Source: Collinsella sp. (GTDB taxonomy: Bacteria > Actinomycetota > Coriobacteriia > Coriobacteriales > Coriobacteriaceae). From it: a stretch of 64,000 bases of DNA. Location of the stretch: assembly GCA_018368345.1 (NCBI GenBank), contig JAGZEK010000002.1, positions 121,111 to 185,110 of the forward strand. Direction: 5' to 3'. The notes under the pieces were generated by a model that was given only the letters and a program-made list of their open reading frames with translations, did not search any database and had not been told where the DNA came from. Below are positions 9,614 through 19,248 of the stretch, piece by piece; the first letter of the stretch is position 1; each line of letters starts with the position of its first letter. The translations under genes were made by a program, and so were the position numbers.

Positions 9614-10675
9614 CTATTCAATCATGCCGCGCTCGAGCGTACCGAGCGCCGCGCGGGCGTCCCATGCTGCAATGCGCTTCTCGGTCTTCCACGTTTGGAA
9701 GAACCAACCGGCAGCCGGCGCAAACGAAGCCAGCTGGTTGGCGATAAACACGCGCTCGTAGGCATTGCGGCCCTCGGGCGTAACCGACGAGTTAGCAAAG
9801 ATCGCCGCGCCCGACCATTCGCCCACCAGCACGGGGAACCCAGTCGAAATCGCCTCTTTAAGCTCGCGCTTGTTACGCGAAATCGCCGTCGTCAGCCCGC
9901 GGGGGCTCGTGATGTCGAGCGCATACTCGTCGCGGTAATGGTACAGGTGAAGGTCCATGTAGACGTTCTTGTACTTGGCGCCGCGCATAAAATGCTTCCA
10001 CTCGCTGGGATGCCCCGACGACGAGAAGACGACGATCTTATCCTCGGGCATATACGAACGGACGAGCTCGTAGGCATCGCGATAGAAATTGCGCAGGTAG
10101 TGAGCGGGAATGCCATCCGTCATGGTGAAGAGGCTCTTGCGAACGCTCATCTGCGGCGTGTCCAGCAGCTCAATGCCCAGCAGGCTCTCGGCCTCGCCAT
10201 AGCGATCGGCCAAGCGCTCGAGCACGTCGAGTGCGACATGACGGCCGTTGGTGGACGAATGCCACTCGGCGACAGCCTCCGGCGTGGTGGGCGAATCGTT
10301 GGAATCGCCCTGGCCACCGGGCACGGTTGCCAGATCGAGCAGCACGCGGATATCGTACTTGGCAGCCCACTCAATCGCGCGGTCGATGTAATCGACAACC
10401 GATATGTAGGAGGCATCGGACTCCTGTGAGCCAAAGGCATACCAGGGCACCGGCAGACGCACGGCATTGAGACCGATCTGCGCCATGCGGCGAAAATCGT
10501 CCTCGCTCACAAACGTCTCGTAATGACGACGCATGCGCTCGTTATAGGCGGCGGTACCCATGGCCTCCTGCAGCTCGGCTGCGTTGGATGCGCCGGTCGC
10601 CGCGTACAGCGACGGGGTCACCCAAGGCTCGGGAATAAACCAGCCAGAGAGATTAACGCCGAGTATCCTCTCCAT
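9614..10675 (-). CDS. glycoside hydrolase family 5-like protein
   Basis: (beta/alpha)8 cellulase-like motifs: NAVRLPVPW, conserved NEP-like and GEWS (catalytic E) regions. Start placed at MERILGVN; the longer ORF adds 64 residues with no RBS support. Confidence 0.75.
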   Translation of the reverse strand: MERILGVNLSGWFIPEPWVTPSLYAATGASNAAELQEAMGTAAYNERMRRHYETFVSEDDFRRMAQIGLNAVRLPVPWYAFGSQESDASYISVVDYIDRAIEWAAKYDIRVLLDLATVPGGQGDSNDSPTTPEAVAEWHSSTNGRHVALDVLERLADRYGEAESLLGIELLDTPQMSVRKSLFTMTDGIPAHYLRNFYRDAYELVRSYMPEDKIVVFSSSGHPSEWKHFMRGAKYKNVYMDLHLYHYRDEYALDITSPRGLTTAISRNKRELKEAISTGFPVLVGEWSGAAIFANSSVTPEGRNAYERVFIANQLASFAPAAGWFFQTWKTEKRIAAWDARAALGTLERGMIE

Positions 10676-10922
10676 CACTGCCCCCTTCGGATCATGCAGG
10701 TCGAACCCGCATCGTATTGCATAGGATAAGTATCGTTTTGAGTATACCCGCGTGTGCGGACAGGCGACCGAACGGTCTGCAAAGTGACGCGAAAGTGGGA
10801 GGAATGTCTGGGGCGGGCGGGCTCGGAATGGTGCGACGAGGGGTGTACGCGCGCCAAAGGCAGGCACCGGAAAGTGTGTCCCGTTCTGAGCCCTTATTCT
10901 GGGACGCAGTTTCCGCAGAACC

Positions 10923-10989
10923 CTACATAAAAGAAAAGGACCCCTTTGCAGAGGTCCTAGTCAATTCAAGGTGGCGGGGAAGGGAATCG
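10923..10989. repeat. direct duplication of the tRNA-Phe terminator (10923-10969) plus the last 20 nt of the tRNA-Phe 3' end (10970-10989)
   Basis: Identical except for one base to 11112-11175 (ctacataaaagaaaaggacccctttgcag[a/g]ggtcctagtcaattcaaGGTGGCGGGGAAGGGAATCG). Confidence 0.8.
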
Positions 10990-11111
10990 CGTCCGCGCGC
11001 TGCGCGGACGGACCGCTGCGGCGCTTGCGCGCCTTGCGAGCTACGCTGGCAAACGCTTGCGCGTTTCCTCAGCTCCGCGCCCTCACGGGGTTCGATTCCG
11101 TGCATGGGCTA
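10990..11111. other. ~120-bp GC-rich structured element (copy B), homologous to 4883-5012
   Basis: Starts CGTCCGCGCG, carries an internal AAACGC-GCAA-GCGTTT hairpin, and ends with the T-arm-like cacggGGTTCGATTCCgtg catgggcta. Confidence 0.5.
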
Positions 11112-11155
11112 CATAAAAGAAAAGGACCCCTTTGCAGGGGTCCTAGTCAATTCAA
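11112..11155 (-). terminator. rho-independent terminator of tRNA-Phe (aggacccctgcaaaggggtcct + U-tract on minus strand)
   Basis: 8-bp GC stem followed by TTTCTTTTATG. Confidence 0.7.
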
Positions 11156-11230
<75 letters not shown>

Positions 11231-11353
11231 ATTTGAGGTGTGCCTTGTTTCAAGGCTTGATTAGTATAACCAAGGACGCGTTCCGGTCAACCGAGAATTT
11301 TAAAAAAGTTTTTGAGCACAGCCTCGGTTCTATAAATCGGCACGTCAGAGACA

Positions 11354-11641
11354 TCAGCCGGCAGCAAGAAGTTTTTCGCTCAGAGCCGCACGGGCAAACT
11401 CACTTGGCGTCATCCCCTCGGCAGCCGCCCGTCGACGAATGGCCTCCTTCATTCCCAGAGGAATCTTGACCGACAACGTTGCCGTCCCCTCACCTGAGAG
11501 CGGGGGCCGTCCATGCACGATCCCACCAACGGCATGTTCGCCATCCGGAAACTCTCCGCGCTCGTACGACTCGCACCACGCGTCAATCATTTCATCCGTT
11601 ACAACCTGACCATTAGCGGCCGTATACGTCTTGCCCATCAT
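11354..11641 (-). CDS. BrnA-like antitoxin (C-terminal ribbon-helix-helix)
   Basis: 95 aa. C-terminus KIPLGMKEAIRRRAAAEGMTPSEFARAAL is an RHH/CopG-like motif. Overlaps the upstream toxin ORF by 4 nt. Confidence 0.65.
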   Translation of the reverse strand: MMGKTYTAANGQVVTDEMIDAWCESYERGEFPDGEHAVGGIVHGRPPLSGEGTATLSVKIPLGMKEAIRRRAAAEGMTPSEFARAALSEKLLAAG

Positions 11642-11904
11642 CGACCCCTTTGCCGAGCCTGTTCAATCTCCTGCCAAAATTTCTTCTGGACTGGAGACAA
11701 GGCATGAATGATAAGCCACCCACGGAGAAGCTCGACCGCGACAAGCTCCACGCTTCGTCCGTCTGGGAGCCATCCAATCGCAAGCCATCTCGGCGGCTCG
11801 TCCTTCGACTCGCGACGAATGCACTCAGTAACCGCAAGCCAAGCGCTAAGCACCTGCTGTTCTGTCAGGTGCTTTTTAGCGTTGGGATGGATCTCAACAT
11901 CCAT
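11638..11904 (-). CDS. BrnT-like (DUF497-type) toxin
   Basis: About 88 aa from MDVEIHPNAKKHLTEQQV. Toxin-first order and size match brnTA. Start chosen at the internal Met; the ORF extends to 12000. Confidence 0.55.
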   Translation of the reverse strand: MDVEIHPNAKKHLTEQQVLSAWLAVTECIRRESKDEPPRWLAIGWLPDGRSVELVAVELLRGWLIIHALSPVQKKFWQEIEQARQRGR

Positions 11905-11962
11905 GCATCTTCTCCTCCATCTTACCCAATTTCGTATGACGAAAGTCCGCTGTCGCCAATTC

Positions 11963-12343
11963 TTAAGCCGGCACGCGTTGGAGAGCAGGGGTCGAAACAA
12001 TGATTGAAGAGCGTTCTAGTGCGGCCCAGGCGCCGGGGTAGGAGCACATACGCCAGGGACATACGTTTTCGTAGCGCGCGAGGATATTGCCGTCGCGATC
12101 GATGAAGGCGATGTCGATGGGATAGGCCATAAAACACGTGTGGACCGAAGAGCAGCGTGGAAACGCCATGACGAGCGGCAGGCCGTTGGCGGCAACCGGA
12201 CGCCGTCCCAGCATGCCGCGCAGGCGCATGACAAACGACTCCGCCACCGCAAACTCGGCCGGCGTCCAACCCAGCCTATTGAGTGCCCGCGCGTAGGCGA
12301 TGTAGGACGAGACCGCGGTCACATGACCACCCCCGGGCGCCAT
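11963..12343 (-). CDS. DUF192-domain protein (COG1430-like)
   Basis: RLRGMLGRRP ... LPLVMAFPRCSSVHTCFMAYPIDIAFIDRDGNIL matches the DUF192 signature (MRGLMGR, FWM, PLDIAF). Last gene of the tad operon; start uncertain. Confidence 0.6.
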   Translation of the reverse strand: MAPGGGHVTAVSSYIAYARALNRLGWTPAEFAVAESFVMRLRGMLGRRPVAANGLPLVMAFPRCSSVHTCFMAYPIDIAFIDRDGNILARYENVCPWRMCSYPGAWAALERSSIIVSTPALQRVPA

Positions 12344-12795
12344 GGATCGACCGTCACCGCGCGCTCGTGCGACAACGTTGTCGGCGCCCCCAGCGGAACG
12401 CCAGCGATGCTGAGAGAAGTCGGCCACGGCTCATAGTGCATGGTGCAGGTGTAGGTCCTAAACGTACCGGATAGGGAGAGCAGGCCACCATCCGATGCCT
12501 CCGCGCCTTGCTCGCTCGACACTTCGATCTGCAAGTCATAGCCTTTCATGGCATTCAGAATTTGAGTCTGAACCGTCGCCGAGGCATCGGCAGAGCTTTC
12601 GTCGCCCTCCCCCTCCGACGCCACGGCGTGCGCCAACACGATGTCGGGCACCACGCGGTCGAAGCGCGCGACAGCGCTGGCAAAGATCATGACGTTGTAT
12701 ACGATGAGTGCCAGCACCAGCAAAACGGGCGTAACCACTGCCATCTCCACCGTCGCTTGGGCGCGCTCCTCGCGCAGACGCATGCGGATACTCAT
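12319..12795 (-). CDS. TadE-like pseudopilin
   Basis: MSIRMRLREERAQATVEMAVVTPVLLVLALIVYNV: TadE N-terminal motif plus hydrophobic helix. Confidence 0.7.
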   Translation of the reverse strand: MSIRMRLREERAQATVEMAVVTPVLLVLALIVYNVMIFASAVARFDRVVPDIVLAHAVASEGEGDESSADASATVQTQILNAMKGYDLQIEVSSEQGAEASDGGLLSLSGTFRTYTCTMHYEPWPTSLSIAGVPLGAPTTLSHERAVTVDPWRPGVVM

Positions 12796-14855
12796 TACGA
12801 CCCACCGCCCAGAGCGCCAACCAGCGTGGCGACATCGACGGTAAGCGGGATGGAGCCGCCGCCGGGCAGAGGAATCTCCGCAAGTGTGAGCACCGTACCG
12901 CTGATGGTGCGTTCGACTTGATATTCCAACGCCTCGCAAAGCGCCTTGGGATCGGTCACGCCCAACGGAATACTTCGCAGCTTGTCTTGCGCTTGAGAGA
13001 GACCGGCAATGTCAGACCCCGGGCTCTTAATGACGTTGGCGGAATCGGTCAGCACTGGCTTTCGCAGGCGCAAGTCGCACGGTTCCAGACCCAACGCCGC
13101 CACGGACGCCGAAACGGTATCGCCGAGCCATGATGCGATGGAGCCCAACGCGCCGCTGCCCCCTCCTAGGCCTTTAATCATCTCGTCCATAAGTTCGTCG
13201 GCCGAACCTTGGATATCACCGTATCCTACGAGCAGCCGTCCCCAAACATCCATGACGCCGTCGAGTACGCCGGCAACGCCACCCGAGCGTTCCTTCAATG
13301 TCGAGAAAAATCGCGAAAGCACGTTGTTTTGCGCCGTCGCCTCATCGGGCGCCAGCACCGCGGCAGAGATGGCACCGCGACTGTCAAGCTCAACCGCCGT
13401 GTTAAACGAAGAGTTAAGTTGATCGGGGCTGGCAATATCACCCGAAACTGCAAAGGCGACTACGCCGTTGCGGCCAGGTGGGGCGATACGCGGACGCTCG
13501 CCCGAAAGCGCTTTAATGGCCTGGTCAAACGCATTGCTCACACGGTCGGTCTCGTCTTCGGTCTGACGTTCGAGCTCGAGCTCTTTGTTGCGGCATTCGA
13601 CGTAGCCTTCCAGGGCGTCTTTAAACTTGTCAAAGTGATACTCGAAGCCGTTTTCGATAGAGGTTGAAGGCGCCGCAACAGCACCAAGCGACGAAACGCC
13701 AAAATGGCATTTGCTGCATTTATCCTGTCCATCGTAATCGGCAACCGAAGCAAATCCGCTCGGCGTCCCTTTCTTATAGTTAGGGCAGGTCGTCCCGTAA
13801 TGCAGATACGCCTTGTCATCGTTCACGCTCGTCGGCCACACCGCATCGGTATAGAGCTCCGTCGCCCGAACCTCATCAGAGTTGCGCGGCAGCAGCGGAA
13901 TATAGGAGGAAACCCTGTCTCCGTTCTCGGTTATATGTGCCCGATCGACCTCCGCGCTCGCATAGGTATAAAACGCCTTACGCGCCGCAGACTCTGCCTT
14001 CATCTCGACACTCGAGCCGTGGGGCTTCTCATTTGTCAGACGCCAATGGTAGTAGTCCTTCGCGCGATCAAGGGCAACTTGGGGCTCCCACGTAACGCTC
14101 GATGAGTAATGCGGATTTTGAACACCGGAGAGATCCGTTAGGCTTTTCGCACGCTCCCACATGCAAGAACAGCTGCCGACCGAGCCCTTGTCAGACCCAC
14201 CACAATCCGCCAGCCAAGCACGCTCTTTAGCCTTCGCCGTGTCCTCAGAAGCCTTCCGCAGCTCCTCGGCCGCACCCCCTAAATCATCTGATGTGTCTTT
14301 AATGGTATCGGTCGAGATCTCTGATCCTTTGAGCGCAGCGAAGTCAGACTCGGATGTCCTGGGCACGGCAAGCGCCGTACCGGTATAGGTCACACTATCG
14401 GTATCCTGCACCGACACCGCCTGCGTGGCACGCGCGGCGATCAGATACGGCAGGGCCGTCTCGATTTTCTGTAAGCCTTCCGATGCGCTTTTGGCAAACT
14501 TGTTGCGCGTTTTAATGATCTCAATCCCGGTGTCGACCATATTGCCGGCAACCGGCTCGGCACCCGGGATGAGGATGGCGACCAGGCCCGTCCCGATCGT
14601 GGCAAACCCCGCCAGCCCCAGACTCAAGATGCTCGCATCAACCACCGTGGCAGCCGTGTGATAGGACGACACTACGTTGGCACCCGCCAGCGCGCCACTA
14701 TCAGCCGCCACCTGGGTATCCCCGGCACGCGACATACTCCATATCGCCGCGGTCGACGAAAACAACAATGTGAGCACCACTAGGATGACCACGGCAGAAG
14801 AAAGCGTGGTATAGGCGCCGTCTTCGATAAACAGATCGACACCGGCTCGACCCAT
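12795..14855 (-). CDS. large Tad-locus membrane protein (~690-750 aa), TadG-like position, no recognisable catalytic domain
   Basis: N-terminal TM helix (SSAVVILVVLTLLFSSTAAIW), Cys-rich central region, Gly-rich C-terminus. Start ambiguous between 14855 and 15050. Confidence 0.55.
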   Translation of the reverse strand: MGRAGVDLFIEDGAYTTLSSAVVILVVLTLLFSSTAAIWSMSRAGDTQVAADSGALAGANVVSSYHTAATVVDASILSLGLAGFATIGTGLVAILIPGAEPVAGNMVDTGIEIIKTRNKFAKSASEGLQKIETALPYLIAARATQAVSVQDTDSVTYTGTALAVPRTSESDFAALKGSEISTDTIKDTSDDLGGAAEELRKASEDTAKAKERAWLADCGGSDKGSVGSCSCMWERAKSLTDLSGVQNPHYSSSVTWEPQVALDRAKDYYHWRLTNEKPHGSSVEMKAESAARKAFYTYASAEVDRAHITENGDRVSSYIPLLPRNSDEVRATELYTDAVWPTSVNDDKAYLHYGTTCPNYKKGTPSGFASVADYDGQDKCSKCHFGVSSLGAVAAPSTSIENGFEYHFDKFKDALEGYVECRNKELELERQTEDETDRVSNAFDQAIKALSGERPRIAPPGRNGVVAFAVSGDIASPDQLNSSFNTAVELDSRGAISAAVLAPDEATAQNNVLSRFFSTLKERSGGVAGVLDGVMDVWGRLLVGYGDIQGSADELMDEMIKGLGGGSGALGSIASWLGDTVSASVAALGLEPCDLRLRKPVLTDSANVIKSPGSDIAGLSQAQDKLRSIPLGVTDPKALCEALEYQVERTISGTVLTLAEIPLPGGGSIPLTVDVATLVGALGGGS

Positions 14856-14919
14856 AAAGCCGCCTCGCTTGCGATGGCAGCTCGGACGGTGCGTCAAAAC
14901 GCGTCTAGACCAGAAACGC

Positions 14920-15456
14920 TTAATCCCATGCAGCAATCCACGAATCATAATCTCCCTCCAGCCATTCGGGACGCGATTGATACGAGACATCGACCTTGAG
15001 CTCAACGTAGCCGCCCTCGGCGGTACCACCCATAGCCTGCGCAAACGCACCGATCACAGGCAACGGCTTGACCTCGCCGGAAACGGACACGGACGAGACG
15101 CCACCCGCACCGGCCCGGCCAAGCTCGATATCCCACGACAACGGCCCGCCGGCATGAAAGATCGAAACGTTGGGCACTGCGGCAAGTCGGCGGCGGGCGA
15201 ACTCCTTAAGATCGTCGTCCTCCGCCGTCGTCGTGGTCATGAGCCGCGCGGTCTCGGCGGCGGCAGACTCCATGACCGCGCGCGTATAGAGCAGGCACAC
15301 CGGTTGCAGCGCGAGAAGGATGAGTGTCAGAAACGTCGGCAGCAAAAAAGCGGCCTCGACCGTAGACTGCGCCCGGTCCTCGCGCGCGGCATCAATACAA
15401 CGCGATGTCCTTAGCGGCCGCAGCGGCGTCGATAACCGACGTCGAGGCAACGCCAT
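14920..15456 (-). CDS. TadE-like pseudopilin
   Basis: REDRAQSTVEAAFLLPTFLTLILLAL motif. Start uncertain and probably overlaps the flp2 stop. Confidence 0.6.
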   Translation of the reverse strand: MALPRRRLSTPLRPLRTSRCIDAAREDRAQSTVEAAFLLPTFLTLILLALQPVCLLYTRAVMESAAAETARLMTTTTAEDDDLKEFARRRLAAVPNVSIFHAGGPLSWDIELGRAGAGGVSSVSVSGEVKPLPVIGAFAQAMGGTAEGGYVELKVDVSYQSRPEWLEGDYDSWIAAWD

Positions 15457-15610
15457 GGGATGCCGCCCGCTCAACCAGCGCCGCCAAGCGCCCATCGGTG
15501 CCGGCACGCCAAAGTCCCGCGATCGCCAGCACGATCGATAACAGCGCCACCGTGACGATGGCGTATTCGACCGTCGCCTGGGCAGATTCCTCACGCAGAA
15601 CGCCATGCAT
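15392..15610 (-). CDS. flp: Flp/Fap-family pilin (prepilin), copy 2
   Basis: 72 aa: MHGVLREESAQATVEYAIVTVALLSIVLAIAGLW, carrying the Flp motif (E-x-G/A-x-T-x-x-EY plus a hydrophobic helix). Confidence 0.7.
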   Translation of the reverse strand: MHGVLREESAQATVEYAIVTVALLSIVLAIAGLWRAGTDGRLAALVERAASHGVASTSVIDAAAAAKDIALY

Positions 15611-15611
15611 T

Positions 15612-16175
15612 TCACGACCCCTCCTTTGAGCTTATTGTTTGCGGAACCAGGCGCACGGCGCGCAGACGGCACGAAGCATCGCCAGCATCCGCGGCAATTG
15701 TCACCATATCGACCCAGCCGCGTTCGTCGCGCACGATGGCGCCCCACACGTTTCCCTTGATGTCGAGATAGCCGATCAGAGCAAGTTGCGCCGTGGGTAC
15801 CTCGCGATAGGCACGCAGCATATCCGCCGCCGCTTCGGTCATCGGTCGGTCCTCGGACCATGCAAGCCGGACCGCAATCGCGTTGCCCTCAGGCGAATCC
15901 GTCGCAGTGCCAGACCGCTTGTCGAGCGTCCGCAGAAAGGTTTGCGCCGTGACAGCGACATCCGAATCGTCCGCATCTCGCATCTCATCTTTTTGAGACG
16001 CCACCGCCGAATCTGAGCCCAAATCGGAGGCGGTCCCAGGACGCTGCTGCCGCGCGGCGTTAAGCCCCCAAAGCACCGCCGCTATCGCCACGACCAGGCA
16101 AGCAAACACCAGCAGTACCCCGATGGGGCGCTCGCCCTCTACAGGCTGTTGATGCCCTCGCTGATAGCGTTCCAT
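15612..16175 (-). CDS. hypothetical single-pass membrane protein between the two flp genes
   Basis: One TM helix (IGVLLVFACLVVAIAAVLWGL) followed by an acidic region. No known domain. Confidence 0.5.
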   Translation of the reverse strand: MERYQRGHQQPVEGERPIGVLLVFACLVVAIAAVLWGLNAARQQRPGTASDLGSDSAVASQKDEMRDADDSDVAVTAQTFLRTLDKRSGTATDSPEGNAIAVRLAWSEDRPMTEAAADMLRAYREVPTAQLALIGYLDIKGNVWGAIVRDERGWVDMVTIAADAGDASCRLRAVRLVPQTISSKEGS

Positions 16176-16372
16176 AGATCTTGGACCTTGCCCTTAAATG
16201 CGACGATGGCGATAATCGCAATCACCACGAGCACGCCGACCAAGATGGCATACTCGGTGGTACCCTGTGCGCTCTCCTCCTGCAATAGTTCCTTGGCGCG
16301 CTGACGAACATGTGCCGCCCGGCAAAACGCCCAGCCCTGGACCTTGCCAGCAGCGTCAGTCATCGTGTTCAT
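16139..16372 (-). CDS. flp: Flp/Fap-family pilin (prepilin), copy 1
   Basis: LLQEESAQGTTEYAILVGVLVVIAIIAIVAF: canonical Flp prepilin. Confidence 0.75.
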   Translation of the reverse strand: MNTMTDAAGKVQGWAFCRAAHVRQRAKELLQEESAQGTTEYAILVGVLVVIAIIAIVAFKGKVQDLWNAISEGINSL

Positions 16373-16382
16373 GTATTCCTCC

Positions 16383-17024
16383 CTACATCATCCCGCCTGC
16401 TCCCAGCAGCGGGCCCAATATGGACAGAAGCAACGCCGGCAAGATGAGCGTGCCGGTGGGAATCAACAGCTTGACGGGCGCACGCTCGATCTCGCGCTCG
16501 ACCGCGGCGCGATGAGCCGCACGGATCTCGCGACTTTGAGCGGCCAGCGTCTCGGCAAGTGGGGCACCCAGGGCGAGCGCCTGCCCCACCGTCATGGCAA
16601 AGGTCTCGAGCGCTCGCACGTCCAGGTCGCGCGCGGCGGCCAACAACTCGTCCTCACGCGTGCCCACGCCCACCTGCCACGCCATGCAGGCGCGCTCAAG
16701 GCGAAGAGCGAGCACTGACCGGCGGTTGGCGCAGAAAATCTCAAGCGCCGCATCAAACGAAAGACCGGCCGAAAGACCCAAGCGCACAACATCGATCATC
16801 TCGGACACTTCGCCGAGCGACACTCGCGCCGGGCCGCCCGCTCCAACCGCGCCCTTCACTCGCGCGGTCAGAGCATCGACCACCGAGCGACCCGCGGCAG
16901 CGACCAGCACCGCCTCGCGCTTGCAGGCCCCTGCGATCTTGCGTGCATCCGCCCGATCAAAACCCGTCGCGACAAATACACTCAGGGCGCACAGGCAAGC
17001 CGCAGCTGCAACCGGGGCGCTCAT
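16383..17024 (-). CDS. tadC: Tad pilus inner-membrane platform protein TadC (T2SS-F family)
   Basis: T2SSF domain (LRLERACMAWQVGVGTRE..., LLIPTGTLILPALLLSILGPLLG). Start at MSAPVAAA. Confidence 0.85.
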   Translation of the reverse strand: MSAPVAAAACLCALSVFVATGFDRADARKIAGACKREAVLVAAAGRSVVDALTARVKGAVGAGGPARVSLGEVSEMIDVVRLGLSAGLSFDAALEIFCANRRSVLALRLERACMAWQVGVGTREDELLAAARDLDVRALETFAMTVGQALALGAPLAETLAAQSREIRAAHRAAVEREIERAPVKLLIPTGTLILPALLLSILGPLLGAGGMM

Positions 17025-17947
17025 AGCTCCACCCGCATAATGCGCCGGATAACCACCAGGGCAACGGCGTTGAGGGCAAGACCCAGCACCACAGCGCCCG
17101 CGCCGGCAGGCGTCGCAAGACCGCGACGAAAATCTGCCGAAAGCAGCGCCAACACCGCGCACATGCCCGCCGGCATCGCCGCGACCATATGCGCAGACAT
17201 GCGAGCCTGCGACGTCTTAACATCCAGGCGGCGCTTGAGCTCAATGCGCTCCCCCACCATGCTCGACGCCTCGGACAGTAAGTCGGCAAGCGGAGCGCCG
17301 GTGCGCTGAGACACCTTAAGCGCCAAGGTCACAAGCGAAAGACCGGGGGCGTCGATACGCACGAGCAAGTCATCGAGCGCGTCGGTCGCCGAGATGCCGC
17401 AATCGATCGCCGCCGCCACCCGCAAAAACTCGGTATGCACTGGCTCTTGCGCATGAGCGCCCACAAAGCGCATGCCCTGGGCCAGCGAATGTCCCGAGGC
17501 AAGCGACATGGAAAGTGCGGTAAACGCCTCGGGCATTGCCTCTTCTGCATCGTGTTGCTCGCGCCGGCTCTCAAAGCCATCCCGAGCGGCACCGACGGCA
17601 AACGGAGCAACAAGTCCCAAGGCAAATCCGAGGGGCGATAACGACACCATCGTTAGTAAAACGCAGCAGACACCGCTCGATAGCAGCAGAAACGCCAAAC
17701 GTCCCGAAGCATCTTCGATCACGAGGCCAAGGCGATGCGCCGGAGCCAGCGATGCCCACGAACGGGCGATCTTTTTCAGCAGATCGTTTTCCACCAGCTC
17801 ACGCGGCAGCTTCTCTGCCACCGTCTCGAGCGCCTGACGCGCCAGCTCCGCCGGCAATACCTGCGGCACACGAGGTTCCGCCCCGCACGCCGTCGCGACA
17901 GAAAGCCCTGCCAAGCCCCCTACGACGAGGGGCACAGTGATCTCCAT
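17021..17947 (-). CDS. tadB: Tad pilus platform protein TadB (T2SS-F family)
   Basis: Polytopic T2SSF domain. Sits between tadA and tadC. Confidence 0.85.
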   Translation of the reverse strand: MEITVPLVVGGLAGLSVATACGAEPRVPQVLPAELARQALETVAEKLPRELVENDLLKKIARSWASLAPAHRLGLVIEDASGRLAFLLLSSGVCCVLLTMVSLSPLGFALGLVAPFAVGAARDGFESRREQHDAEEAMPEAFTALSMSLASGHSLAQGMRFVGAHAQEPVHTEFLRVAAAIDCGISATDALDDLLVRIDAPGLSLVTLALKVSQRTGAPLADLLSEASSMVGERIELKRRLDVKTSQARMSAHMVAAMPAGMCAVLALLSADFRRGLATPAGAGAVVLGLALNAVALVVIRRIMRVEL

Positions 17948-19248
17948 TCGTCCACCTCCTCTTGTGCGAGCGTCCCCGACCGCAGGCCTTCTGCGATAAA
18001 CGGCGGCTCGCGGTCAAGCGTCCAGGTGCGCTCGGCGGCATCGAAAGTCACATAGCGCTCGAGCTCTACGCCGCCCGACGCGGCGCGACGCACCCCCGAA
18101 TACGAGGAGACGAAACGCCTGCCATCGGCGTGGCGCTCGGACATCACGATGCCGTCGAGCGCCATGGCAATCTGTTCCTCGATGAGCTCGCTCGGCAGAT
18201 CGATGCCATAACGTGCAAGCAACGTCAGACGCACCACGGTCTCCTGTTCTGAACCCGCATGAAGTGTGGTGAGCGACCCGTCGTGGCCCGTGTTCATGGC
18301 CTGCAACATGTCGCAGCACTCGGCACCACGCACCTCGCCCACCACGATGCGGTCGGGGCGCATGCGCAGGGCATTAGTTACTAGGTCGCGAATCGTCACC
18401 GCACCCTCACCCTCAATTGAAGCCTCGCGCGCCTCTAGGCGCACCACGTGCGGATGATGCGCAAACTTGAGCTCGGCAGAGTCCTCGATCGTCACGATGC
18501 GCTCGCCGGTGGAAATCTCGCATGACAACGCGTTGAGCAGGGTGGTCTTACCAGATCCCGTGCCTCCCGCAACCGCCAGGTCCTGTCGCAGCGACACCGC
18601 GCACGACAGCAGCTGCGCATACCAAAGCGGCAGCGACCCCAGCCCCACAAGCTCGTCCAGCGAGCAGATGCGGTCCGAGAACTTTCGGATGGTGAGAATC
18701 GGTCCGTCAATCGCCACAGGCGGAATCACCGCGTTGACGCGATAGCCCGTTTTGAGGCGGGCGTTGACGATGGGGCTGCGCTCGTCGATACGGCGGCCAA
18801 GTGGCGAGATAATGCGGTCGATAAGCACACGGATCTGCTCATCATCCTCAAACGCATGCTCGATGGGGTACAAGACGCCGCCGCGTTCAAAGAAAGCCGA
18901 GCGGCAGCCGTTGATCATGATCTCGGTAACGGTGTCGTCCTCGATGAGCGGCTGCAACGGCCCCAAGCCCACCACGTCATCCAAAATCTCGTCGATGATG
19001 GTCTCGCGCTCGGGCGTCGCGAGATCGGTCGGCTCCTCAACATTGAGCGCCGCCTCCACCGCAGGACGCAATTCCGAGCGGGCAAGTGCCGGGTCGATAT
19101 AGGCGCTGATACGCGCCACTTCGTCGTAACCCATGCGGTCCATCACGGCGCGCTTGGTGCGTCGTTTCACGGCGCGGCGACGCCCCGCATCTACAGGCGC
19201 TGCCGCCGCCGCAGCGCCGGCAGCCTTAATCCTCGTTTGCAGGCTCAT
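17920..19248 (-). CDS. tadA: Tad pilus secretion ATPase TadA/CpaF
   Basis: Walker [15 protein letters not shown], Asp box, His box of the VirB11/CpaF family. Confidence 0.95.
   Translation of the reverse strand: MSLQTRIKAAGAAAAAAPVDAGRRRAVKRRTKRAVMDRMGYDEVARISAYIDPALARSELRPAVEAALNVEEPTDLATPERETIIDEILDDVVGLGPLQPLIEDDTVTEIMINGCRSAFFERGGVLYPIEHAFEDDEQIRVLIDRIISPLGRRIDERSPIVNARLKTGYRVNAVIPPVAIDGPILTIRKFSDRICSLDELVGLGSLPLWYAQLLSCAVSLRQDLAVAGGTGSGKTTLLNALSCEISTGERIVTIEDSAELKFAHHPHVVRLEAREASIEGEGAVTIRDLVTNALRMRPDRIVVGEVRGAECCDMLQAMNTGHDGSLTTLHAGSEQETVVRLTLLARYGIDLPSELIEEQIAMALDGIVMSERHADGRRFVSSYSGVRRAASGGVELERYVTFDAAERTWTLDREPPFIAEGLRSGTLAQEEVDEWRSLCPSS

Noticed and set aside
12016-12252. Small ORFs overlapping the DUF192 and TadE genes in other frames
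   Set aside because: They are embedded in and out of frame with the better-supported genes and show Arg/Ser-rich artefactual translations.
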